Of a stretch of DNA of 64,000 bases, positions 29,601 to 38,800 are shown one piece after another; the stretch's first letter is position 1, and each line of letters begins with the position of its first letter. Both the position numbers and the translations under genes were made by a program. The DNA comes from an uncultured bacterium. Lineage in GTDB: Bacteria > Zhuqueibacterota > QNDG01 > DTFT01. The stretch lies in contig CAVTNR010000002.1 of NCBI GenBank assembly GCA_963736115.1, positions 96,001 to 160,000 on the forward strand, written 5' to 3'. Below the pieces are notes generated by a model that was given only the letters and a program-made list of their open reading frames with translations, had not been told where the DNA came from and ran no database searches.

Positions 29601-31111
29601 ATGGAATGGGTTGTGCCGTTGCCCCAGTAGAAGGTTTTCGGCGTGGTGTGCAGAACGCCGTCCACCTTGACCTGAAGCCCGGCGGGATTGGTCTGGAAGG
29701 TTACGGGAATGCCGGTGCCGACCTCCACTGTGGTGGCGTTTGTTCCGGATCCGCCGTCGTCGTCCGCGACCCTGAGTCCGATCGGGTAGGTGCCGACCGC
29801 GGTCCAGGTTTTCGTCGGATCCGGGCCGGTGAAATCGTCGTACTGGCCGTCATTGTCGAGATCCCAGGTGTAGGTCAGCACGTCCGCGGATCCCGGATCC
29901 GTCGCGGTTCCGTGGAGCTGGGCGGCGTAATTCACCACCGCGTAATAGGGCCCGCCCGCGTTCGCGGTCGGGGCCACGTTATTGATCGTGACGGACACGG
30001 TTTTCGGCGTGGAGCCGTCGCCGTCGCTGACGGTCACGACCGCGCTGAACGTGCCGTTGTCGGCGTATGCGTGCGTGGGGTTCTGAAGCGTCGAGGTGCC
30101 GCCGTCGCCGAATGCCCAGCTGTAGGTGAGCGGATCCGCGGCGCCCGCCGGATCCGTGGCCGTGCACGTGAAGGCGACCGCCGCGCCTTCGTTCTTGGGC
30201 GCATTGGACGAGGCTGTCACGGTCGGAAGGATGTTGTTGATAACGACCGAGATCGTCTTGCTTCCGGTTCCGCCGTCCCCGTCGCCCACCGTCAGCACCG
30301 CGGAATACGTCCCGTTGTCCGCGTACGCGTGCGTCGGATTCTGAAGCGTCGAGGTGCCGCCGTCGCCGAAAGTCCAGCTGTACGTGATCGGGTCCGCGGC
30401 ACCGGCCGGATCCGTGGCGCCTCCCGTGAAGGTCACGGTCTCGGTTTCGCCTTTCGGCGCATTGGACGATGCCGTCGGTATGGGCGCCACATTGGCGATG
30501 ACGGCCGTAGTCGAAGAGGAATCCTTGACGCCGCTTCCGTTCGTGACGATGAGTTTGACAGCGTACGAGCCGTTGTCCGCATATGCGTGTGTGGTCATCA
30601 CGCCCGTGCCCGTGGTGCCATCCCCAAAGCGCCAGAGGTACGAGACCGCGCCCGTGGAGCCCGATCCGTTGAACGAGACCGCGCTTCCCTCGTTTCCACT
30701 GTAGGGGCCGCCGGGAACCGCGTGCGGCGGCAGGTCCGGCACGTCGAGGTTGACGTTTTTAGGCACCAGATTGTTGAAAATGCTGTTGCCCGTGGCATTG
30801 GCGGTTTCGCCGTTGATGGTGAAAGTGATGGTGCCGCCCTCCGGAGCGCCCTCGTCGGCCGGGGGAGGGGTTGAGGCGTCGTCGCCCTTGACGTAGATCA
30901 GGAAGCTTCCGCCCGAGGCGATGTATACATCGGACGTGCAGTCCTGGCCGCCCGCGTCTAAAGCCCGGATCACGTCGCCCGAATTGACGACCCGCCCCTT
31001 GTAAACCGCAATGCCGCTGAACTCGCAGAATTCACCGATGGCGAGCGCGGCTTCAGGGACGAGCATGCCCAGGATCGCGAGCCATCCCGGGATGAGTATT
31101 TTTTTCAGCAT
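26678..31111 (-). CDS. large secreted protein: 4 PKD domains, multiple ~75-aa GxGWY repeats, cadherin-like and Fn3-like units, C-terminal FlgD-Ig/T9SS-type domain
   Basis: Signal peptide; WxFGDG...HAYADNG PKD motifs; repeats YFLxVxSxYGTxxGxGWY...RxRFxGWxGxGxGxYTG; tail PNYPNPFNP...WDGxDxxGxxVASGVY. Confidence 0.8.
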   Translation of the reverse strand: MLKKILIPGWLAILGMLVPEAALAIGEFCEFSGIAVYKGRVVNSGDVIRALDAGGQDCTSDVYIASGGSFLIYVKGDDASTPPPADEGAPEGGTITFTINGETANATGNSIFNNLVPKNVNLDVPDLPPHAVPGGPYSGNEGSAVSFNGSGSTGAVSYLWRFGDGTTGTGVMTTHAYADNGSYAVKLIVTNGSGVKDSSSTTAVIANVAPIPTASSNAPKGETETVTFTGGATDPAGAADPITYSWTFGDGGTSTLQNPTHAYADNGTYSAVLTVGDGDGGTGSKTISVVINNILPTVTASSNAPKNEGAAVAFTCTATDPAGAADPLTYSWAFGDGGTSTLQNPTHAYADNGTFSAVVTVSDGDGSTPKTVSVTINNVAPTANAGGPYYAVVNYAAQLHGTATDPGSADVLTYTWDLDNDGQYDDFTGPDPTKTWTAVGTYPIGLRVADDDGGSGTNATTVEVGTGIPVTFQTNPAGLQVKVDGVLHTTPKTFYWGNGTTHSIEAPLIQNITDDTRYLYTSWSDLGLIAHNITVGTTPATYTANYKIQYFLGVLDGGKNAHPRGSDFYDAGTQVPISVDATALDEAGTTRYQFNHWKGTGSGSYSGTQLNATVTMNGPIIQEAFWGAGEYYVRVTSAYGTTTGSAWVAAGGTATFSVTTDVPTGPGRRNRFVRWVGTGAGAYTGAQNPSTITVQGPIVETAEWSVEYFLDIVSEHGTPSGEGWYAEGGTAVIVCDSTVAIQTGKRVRFTGWFGSGTGAYTGPIREKTVTVSGPITETAQWGTQYLLVVVSEYGTPAGTGWYNEGTRAQFSCDTLVQSSPEVRNRFAGWQGIGSGSYTGPDAAGEVLMLNPVTEEAEWNVEYRVSITIDPAGTGSVMPFTSGSGWSRAGGNVELRAVGRADLGYGFSRWSGAASGTVNPLILAVDGPKSVTAHFKQGNVFINTDPTGLVVKVNGVGAAAPVVFDETAGAQITLSVDSLQGDGVSTRYAFQGWSDGLPRTHTITVTGTTQRITATFGAQYFLDVQSDYGTHTGEGWYASGVSATVRIDTAASVTSVTRQRFAGWIGTGPGSVTSASPEIRCTVQGPIIERARWDAQCRVQTAVFPASVPGARILRAPAADWYTLGTSLTLTAIAEDTAHPFLNWRGDITSADNPLTVTVAKPLSITGRFYVPDDPPVVSGFPDLILREDEPQTYSFSWLAQYVADRNDPIETMIFEFTGSYHLFFDVSYPERTMTIRPGRDWNGTEVVVITAIDPYGISDADTFTVKVLPVEDPPERFALIYPQQDTTLDLWPIPLEFRWRAAQDPDHGDGVKYSFLLTTSPDLTGPGIFKMSLIPDTTLFVSPRSGGDYYWGVVAQDSKGNSTVCDYVHHFRFEPSAVETRREAPDRFGLEPNYPNPFNPSTAVPFQVAKPGPVKLRIFDLRGRTVRTLEDGPFHPGYYESRWDGCDDSGRPVASGVYVISIQAGDFVKQRKMLLMR

Positions 31112-31125
31112 GACGGACCCCGACT

Positions 31126-32880
31126 TTATTTAAGCAGCAGGCATTTTCCGGTGCGGATTTCGCGGCCGGCTTTGAGCGCGTAAAAATAAACCCCGCTCGC
31201 CAGCGGGCGGCTCAGGTCGTCCTCCCCGTCCCACGACAGGGCGTGAAGACCCGGAGCCTGCGGGCCGGATGAGACCGTGCGGACACAGCGGCCCGCGGCG
31301 TCAAACACATCAAGCCGGACTTCCGCGGAACCGGACAGTTCGTACGTGAACTCGGTTCTCGAATTGAACGGGTTCGGGAAATTCCGGACCAACCGGATGC
31401 GGCCGGCCGCGGGATTCTCGCTCCGCTGACCGCGTATGCCGGAAGTGTCGGCCGCGAATTCGACCCGGTAGGATCCCTGCGGCGTCCAGACCGGTTTCGC
31501 ATCCGGGATGATTTCCGTCTCATAGCAGAGGGACGCGCCCGACACCGCGGCCGGACGGCCGTTCACCGTAAACCGGACCTCCTCGCCCGGGCTCGCGCCT
31601 TCGTCGATTTCGGGCGTCATGGGGTCGTCCCCGGCCGCGGCCACCAGAAATATGCCGCCTTCCACCGCCAGGGTGTCTCCCAGGAATACACCGGATTGAT
31701 CGTACACGCGTATCGTGTCGCCGGTCTGAAGCGCGCCGGGCTGCTGGCCCCAGAAATCGCACCATTCCGTCGTGACCGCGGGCGGCGATTCATCCAGAAC
31801 CTTCCCCGGCTGTCCGGGACGGGCGGCCGAGATTTTGGGTACATATCCGGAAGAGGGAAAAACCAAAGTGCCAAAACTGGACATCCGCACCCAGTAGGCG
31901 AGCAGGGACGAGAGCTTGGACAGCGGGTTGATGATCCTGTGCCTCTGCCAGCTTCTCGGCGAACCCGTGGCCGCGACAAAGGTCCAGACATAGGAGTAAA
32001 AAGTGTCGATCGAGGCGTACGCGTGCGTGATGGTGTCCTGGCTCGCGGGCAGATACCCGATGAGATTGAGCCCCTTGATCATCTGGATGGGCGTGTTCAC
32101 GGCGATTTCGGGTCCCGTCAGGGTCAGCGTCTGATTCGTTGCCGCGTTCAGCCGCATCCAGTACCCGTGCAGTCCGTCCAGGCTGGCCAGAGGATTGATC
32201 GGCCGGCCGAGCTGCCAGCTCTTCGGGTATCCGGAATAATAGCCCCATATATAGTTGACGGGAACGGACCCCAGAACCCCGGGCAAAGCGTCGTTCGCGG
32301 GCGTGACCGGAAAGGACACGAAATTGATGCCCGGGATCAGCTGAAGATTCACGGTTTTCGGCGAGGAACCGGCCGTGACCGTAAGCACGCCATTCGTCTT
32401 CGTGCCCATGGTCATCGCGCCCTGCAGATTGAACATCCGGACGTCGTGAATGCCGAGCGTATTCGTCTGGCCCACGGTATCCGTGACCAGGAACTGGAGC
32501 TTGACGAGAATGTAGGCGTCCGGTACGGTCCGTTTGCCGGGCTGGTTGGTGGTGATGCCCACAATGAGCAACGTATCCCGCTTGATGCCCGAGGTCCGCT
32601 TGTCCGGCTTGATGCCCACGGTGGGGGCTCCCCAACTCGCGGTCATAGTGCCGGCCCCGGTGGCGCCCACCGCCTGTACGGCCGTGGGATCGAACAGGAT
32701 GGCTGCCTGATAGGCGACGAGCGAGTCGGACACCAAGATCGTGTACCCGGAGGTCTGGAGCGGAATTTCGACCGTGGCGCCCCGCGCTACGCTGGTGTTC
32801 GGGATGGACACGGAAACCGCCGCCCGCAGGGATCCTGCGAGCGCCAGAATCAACGGCCAGACCCAATACTTTCTCGTCAT
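31126..32880 (-). CDS. secreted cohesin-like domain protein with C-terminal FlgD-Ig/T9SS-type domain
   Basis: VSIPNTSVARGATVEIPL...AYQAAILFDPTAVQ cohesin pattern; two GxNxxx...YWxR repeats; NFPNPFN...SGVYFY tail. Confidence 0.75.
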   Translation of the reverse strand: MTRKYWVWPLILALAGSLRAAVSVSIPNTSVARGATVEIPLQTSGYTILVSDSLVAYQAAILFDPTAVQAVGATGAGTMTASWGAPTVGIKPDKRTSGIKRDTLLIVGITTNQPGKRTVPDAYILVKLQFLVTDTVGQTNTLGIHDVRMFNLQGAMTMGTKTNGVLTVTAGSSPKTVNLQLIPGINFVSFPVTPANDALPGVLGSVPVNYIWGYYSGYPKSWQLGRPINPLASLDGLHGYWMRLNAATNQTLTLTGPEIAVNTPIQMIKGLNLIGYLPASQDTITHAYASIDTFYSYVWTFVAATGSPRSWQRHRIINPLSKLSSLLAYWVRMSSFGTLVFPSSGYVPKISAARPGQPGKVLDESPPAVTTEWCDFWGQQPGALQTGDTIRVYDQSGVFLGDTLAVEGGIFLVAAAGDDPMTPEIDEGASPGEEVRFTVNGRPAAVSGASLCYETEIIPDAKPVWTPQGSYRVEFAADTSGIRGQRSENPAAGRIRLVRNFPNPFNSRTEFTYELSGSAEVRLDVFDAAGRCVRTVSSGPQAPGLHALSWDGEDDLSRPLASGVYFYALKAGREIRTGKCLLLK

Positions 32881-32905
32881 TTTTATCTCCCATCTCGGGA
32901 TAAAC

Positions 32906-35679
32906 TCATCGGATCAACGTCGTTTTACGCAGAACGGCGCGGCCGCCCAGCACGATTCGCGCGGTGTAAACGCCGCTCGGCACGGATTCGCCTGCGTCGT
33001 TCCGGCCGTCCCAGGTGATGCGGTGAACACCGGACCGGAGAGCCGCGGGTGGCCATGCGCGGACCCGTGCGCCGCGGCTGTCGTAAACCGAAACGCGAAC
33101 CGTCTCGTCGGACGGCAGGGCGATTTCAAACGCGGTTTCCGGATTGAAGGGATTCGGGAATCCCGGGCTCACGGAAAATCGGACCGGAACGCCGGATCCG
33201 GATTCCGCGTCCGAGACTCCGGAAGTCCGGACCAGCCGGCGGGCCGGTCCGGCCGAGAGCATCAGTCCCTCGCCGTCAAATGCCTGGACGGTCCAGAAAT
33301 ACAGAAGGCCATTCGGCACGGACAGGTCGACGGACGTGCCGTCCAGAATCGTGTCGACCGCAGCGCCCGGACCGAGCCTGAGAGAATCCGCGTCGAGCGT
33401 GAAACGGTAGCGGACGAGATCTCCAGGGTCGGCGTTGGCTGATTCCGTCCAGGCGAAACGCATGACAATGCCTGAATCCGCGGCTTGTGCGCCGTCTTCC
33501 GGCGCCATCAGGCTGAAGGGACCGGGCGGATCAGTCACGGCTGTGACCGACAGGATGAACGTCTTCTCGTCCGAATCACCGGAAGGGTCCGTCACCCGGA
33601 TCCGGACCGAACCGAATCCGTTCCAGTCCATGGGCGGGCTGATCCGCCAGACGCCTGCGGCCGCGTCCCTCAGGACCTGGAGCGGCAATGCCGCATTCAG
33701 GGATACGGTCAGGACATTGAACGCATCGCCGTCGTCCCGCACGCGTTGCGCGATCCAAATGTCGGACAGAACCAGGGCGCTGTCTTCCAGCACCGTGGTG
33801 TCGGCAAGGTCCGCGACAACGGGCGGATGCCTGACAATCATTTCAAATAAAGCCGTCACAGCGACCGGATCATCCATAACCACGGTCAGACTGCCGTCCG
33901 CGTTCGGCGTCCCGGAGTCCCAGCCGGAAAAGCGGTACAGGGGATTGTCGGATTCCGCGGTTAATTTCACGGTCCGGCCCGCATTGAACCAGGGACCGGC
34001 CGGATCGGTGCGGATGACTAGGCCCGGAACCGTGTCCGGCAGAACGTGGAGCGTGAGGAGAAATTCGTTTTCGTATTTCACCGTCTGCGTCACCGGCCCG
34101 CCGAGGACCGTTTTAAATGACGGCGCATCGCCCGTGTAGCTTCCGATGCCGATTCCCGTCCACCCGGCGAAGGCCAGCCGTGTGCCCGCGCCCGCCTCCA
34201 CCACGGTGTCCGCGGAGACGGTGACGGTGGAGTCCGCAAAATGCCAGCCTTCCCCGGCTACGGCCTCGGGAAAAGGTTCGCCCGTGATTTCAAGCAGGTA
34301 CCGGAGCCCGTACCGGGCCGTGTACAGAGCCGCGGAGGGATCGGTCAGGATACGGCGAACCCGGTCTCCGCCGTCGTCCCATCCGGTGAATGCGTACGAC
34401 GCGCCACGGTCGACCGGATGATACGCCGCGGGCCTGACCCAGTGCGCGGAGCCGGCCGGCCAGTTCAGGTCCTGCGGTGTCCTGCGGGCCGAGCCGTCGA
34501 TCCGGATCAGAACGTCCTGCACCGGCTCGGACTCAAAACGGACGGCTGTTCCGCCGCTCCCCGACGGGACATTGAAGAAGAAAGCGCCGATGTCACACTT
34601 GGATCCGTCCGGATCCGGGAAAACACCTGCCACTCCGGCCTCGATGCAGGGAGATCCAGCGGCGAGGCGATAGTCGCCTGTGCCGGAATCGGCAAATTGC
34701 GGGTCATCATAGACGATGCCCTCGTGCCAGTCCGTCTCGTCCTGAATGCAGTTGTTCCGGAACAGGCCTGTGCCCGTATTCCCCACCTGGAAGTACAGTT
34801 CGTCGCCGTTATTCCACATAATATTGTTCAGAACGGTCGGCTCCGCGCCCGTGCGCATGATCACTTCGAACCCGCGCGCCCGTTCCGCGCCGCCGTTGTT
34901 CGCCAGCGTATTGTTCAGGATCAGGGCCAGGGAATACCGAACCGTGATGCCGCTCCCGCAATAACCTGAATTGTGAATAATCAGGTTCCTTTCCACAACC
35001 GGCCCCATGCCGTCGACATTTCCGAATGCGCCGTCCGCCCCGGTTCCGCCGGAGACCAGGATACCGCCCCCGGACCAGGAACTGACATTGTCCCGGATCA
35101 CATTGTTCCGGATCACGCTGAGCCAGCCGCCGGTAAGCACTCCCGCGCCGTTCGCCCCTCCGCCGTTCCGCACGGTGAAGCCGTCGAGCAGGGTGAAGTG
35201 GGACAGGGTGACCACGGACCGGGTTCCGTCTCCGATCAGAACGGTCGGATGCGCCGTCAATGTCGCGGTCCTCCAGATCGTCCTCCAGACCGCAGAATCC
35301 GCCGAACAGGCAGACGCGGGAGGGAAGGTCCACGGATTCCAGGTATTCTCCTTCCGCGACCCACACCCAGCCGCCTTCCTCGCCGAGCGCTTCCACGGCT
35401 TCGCGTATGCCGTGAAACGCGTCCAGCCAGCCGGAGCCGTCGCTGCCGTCCTCCGGCGCGTGGATCGACGTAAACGATGCGCATCCCGCCGTTCTGTTCA
35501 TAGAGGATCCGCATCATTTCTTCATAATTCCAGTACCGGTCCGACAGATCACGGCTGAGATCAAAGGCCCGGTACGCGGGCCCTGCGACATGACGCCACC
35601 GTTCGTCCGACACCGCCGGCTGCAACAAACCGAAAATGACGGTCAGAATGAAAAACCGCACCCATGCCCGCTTCCGCAT
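32906..35679 (-). CDS. secreted right-handed beta-helix (DUF1565-like) protein with repeats and C-terminal FlgD-Ig domain; two apparent frameshifts (~35460, ~35258)
   Basis: Three frames join logically: signal peptide...IVYVD / DGSGWLDAFHGIREAV...VWVAEGEY...LFGGF / HPTVLIG...LDGFTVRNG...DPQF...DYRLAAGSPCI...DIGAF; tail GFPNPFNP. Confidence 0.7.
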
Positions 35680-35769
35680 AAAGAACAGTTCCTTATAATT
35701 AAAATAAATGCCGACCGGTCAGTGCTCTGCCCCTGTTCGAAACGGCCCTGCCGGGTCCGCCCGATAGAC

Positions 35770-35810
35770 GGATTCTGGCCGGAGGCGTTCCGCCTCCGGC
35801 CAGAGTATCC
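35770..35810. other. GC-rich hairpin without U-tract downstream of the giant gene
   Basis: TCTGGCCGGAGGCG-TTC-CGCCTCCGGCCAGA, 14-bp stem. Confidence 0.55.
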
Positions 35811-35865
35811 AATTTATCAAACAGAAAGCGACAAATCAAGATTAAATGAAGATGATGAGACTTGA

Positions 35866-38800
35866 TTATTTCAGCTTGACCATCTTGAGGGTCCGATGCT
35901 GATCCGAACCGGACAGCCTGTAAATGTACACGCCCGTGGACGCTTCCTTGCCGCTCATGTCCCGTCCGTCCCATTCCGCGGAATAATAACCCGCGTCATG
36001 GTCGCGGTCCGCCAGCACGGCCACGCACCGGCCCATGACATCGTAAATGGTCAGTGTGACGCGCTGGTGTTTGGTGACCTGGTACCGGATGGTGGTCACC
36101 GGGTTGAACGGGTTCGGATAGTTCTGGGTCAAACCGAACATTTTCGGCACAGGCACGGAAGCCGTGATCGGGCCGTTGGCATTCCGATTGCCGTAAGCGT
36201 CCACATCATAGATCTTGTAGTAGTAATTGCGGCCCACCTGGATCTGGGTGTCTTCGTACCGGTATTCCCGGTCGCTCCGGCACGGAATCAAATCGGGCGT
36301 GATGATCCGGTATTCGCCGTCCAGGGAAGTGGCCCGGCCGATTTCGAATCCGGCCGTATGGGTCTCGCCTGCCGTGGACCATTCCACCGCGATGAAGATC
36401 CCGTCCTCGTCAAAGGACGCGGCCATTGCGGCCATCTCCACCGCCTTGGCGACCAGCTTGACATTCCATCGCCGCGATACCAGGATGAATCCGTCGCTGA
36501 TAAAGCAGTCCACGGTATGGTACCCCAGATTGGTTTCGCTCGGTTTATATTCGAGGAACGGAAGGTCCGATCCGACCGCGGTTCCGTCCCATTGCCAGGT
36601 GTAATGCAGGGCGTCGCCGTCCGGATCGCGCGCGTCCACCCGGAAGCTCAACCGGTCGCCTGCCTTGCATGTGGTGTCGTTCACGATGGGGGTCTTGCCC
36701 AGAACCACGGGCCCCTGATTGACATTCGCCACGCGTATGACGGTGGTGTCGGTGTCCACGCCGCCCCGGCCGTCTACGACACGGAGAGCGAAGGTGTAGA
36801 CGCCTGCCTGCTCGTACGTGGGCGTCCACCGGAATGTCGCTGTGGCCGTGCCCGGCCCGGATGTCAGAGGCTGAATCACGGACCCTTCCGGCGGGAACAG
36901 GTTCCCGATCTGGAAGGTGATCACGTCCCCGTCCGAATCCGTGCCGACCAGCGGAATCATGATGTCTTCCAACTCGTACAGGTCATAGCTGTCCTGGATG
37001 AGGTCCTTGCTGAGCAGGGGATTGTTCGGATTGATCACGGACTCGAGCGTGAAGGTCACAGTGGTTCCGGTGCCCCACCAGGCCCGCACCGCCGAAACTC
37101 CCGGCGTGCTCGCGCCGATGAAATGCACGGCCGCGATGCCGTTTGCGTCGCTGGTCACGGGCTGGGGCTCGATCACGGTGCCGCCGCCCGAATACTTCTC
37201 GAACACCACCTGGATGCCTGGCACGGGATTGCCGTACACGTCCAGCACGCGCACCCGGAGCGGGTCGACGAAGAGCATGCCCAGCCTGCCCTTCTGGTTG
37301 TCACCGGAAAATTTCTCGATGCTCGCCGCGTTGATGGTCCGGCCGAGGAGGTTGAACGTCACCGGAGACCCTTCGAGGAAGGGGCTGGTGGCCTCGATCA
37401 GCACCGGACCGCTTGTCTGGCCGAGCCGGACGCTGGCATAGGCCCTGCCCGCCCCGTCGCTGACCGCGGAAAGTGACGACTGGCCGCCGATCGTGGCGTC
37501 CCCGGAAATGACCGTGAAGCGCACGGCCACGCCGCTTGCCGCATTGCCGTATTTATCCGTGGTCGAGACGACGATCGGGTTCTGAATGGTTTCTCCGACG
37601 AATCCCGACTGACCGTCGCCCGAAACCCTGGCGATTCTCCGGGCCACGCCCGCGGCGCTGGTGACCGAGAACAGCTGCGGCGAGTTGCTGAGCGCCGCAT
37701 TCTCTGCCCGGATCCAGCAGGTCTGGCCGGCCAGCGAGGCGGTCTGCACGACGGCGCTGGCGTTGCCGAAGCCGTCGGTCATCGAAGGCTGGGGCGTCAG
37801 GATGGTGCCGATGCCGCTGTAAATCGTGAAGGTCACAGGCACGCCGTAAACCGGCTTGAGCTCCTTGTCCAGCACCTGCACCACCAGCGGCTGAGGCAGG
37901 GGATCCCCGGCCGGGCCGTTCTGCCCGCTTCCGGACACCATGCGCATCGCCACGGCTGTGCCGGTTTTACCCGTCGCTGAGAAGAAGAACGGACTGCCCA
38001 CCAGCGTGCCGGATGTGACCCGCACCACGTTTTCGCCCGGGTTGGGGCCGAGAATCAGCCTGGTCCACGCGAGCCCGTCCGCATTGCTGTGCACATCCGT
38101 GTCGCCGGAAATGCGGCCTCCGCCGCCGGTCACCTCGAAATGAACCGGACCGAAGCTGGCGGGGTTGCCGTTCACGTCCATGACCTTGACCACCAGGGAA
38201 TCGCGGAGCATGGTCCCGACATTGCCCGACTGGCCGCCGCCCGAATGAGCCTGAATCTTGTAGGCCCGGTCGTTCTCGAACATCACTGTGTCGCGCTGGA
38301 ACAGCCACTTGGCGTCATCCACCACATAGGCCCGGATGATTTTCTGGCCCGCGGATAGGGAACGGAGATAACCAAAGGCCTGCCCCTGGGCGTTGGTGGG
38401 GACGGTTGGGTCCTGCGGAAAATTGTTGGTTCCGCCCGTGACTTCGAGCCGGACGCGCTTGCCCTGCACCGGGTTGAGGAATCCGTCTAGCAGAGTAACC
38501 GTGATGCGGCTTGTGTCATACTCCGTCGCCTTCACCGGACCGGTCGCGGTCACGGTCGAGGTGATAACGCTGACCGAATCGGACCCGGCGCTGGCAGTGA
38601 ACACCACCGGCGAACCGTGCAGAGAATCCAGGCCGTTGAAGGCCGTGGCCCACAGCACGTTGTTGTCCGTTCCGGCCCTGGGCCCCAGGGTCCAGACCAC
38701 CGATGCCGTGCCGAAGGCGTTGTCGGTGTACACGGTCTTTGTCTTCGCCGCGGTTCCGTCGAGCACGCCGTCTCCGAGCACCACCGTGAACCGGATGCTG

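Noticed and set aside
29830-29880. Dockerin motif (DLDNDGQYDD) as partner for the cohesin
   Set aside because: A single loop within a PKD-like domain (YTWDLDNDG), not the duplicated dockerin repeat.
27191-30874. Long plus-strand ORFs (1227 aa here; also 39462-42035, 35896-37476, 10147-11667 and others)
   Set aside because: Antisense shadows of real GC-rich genes; Arg/Gly/Val-rich with no motifs.
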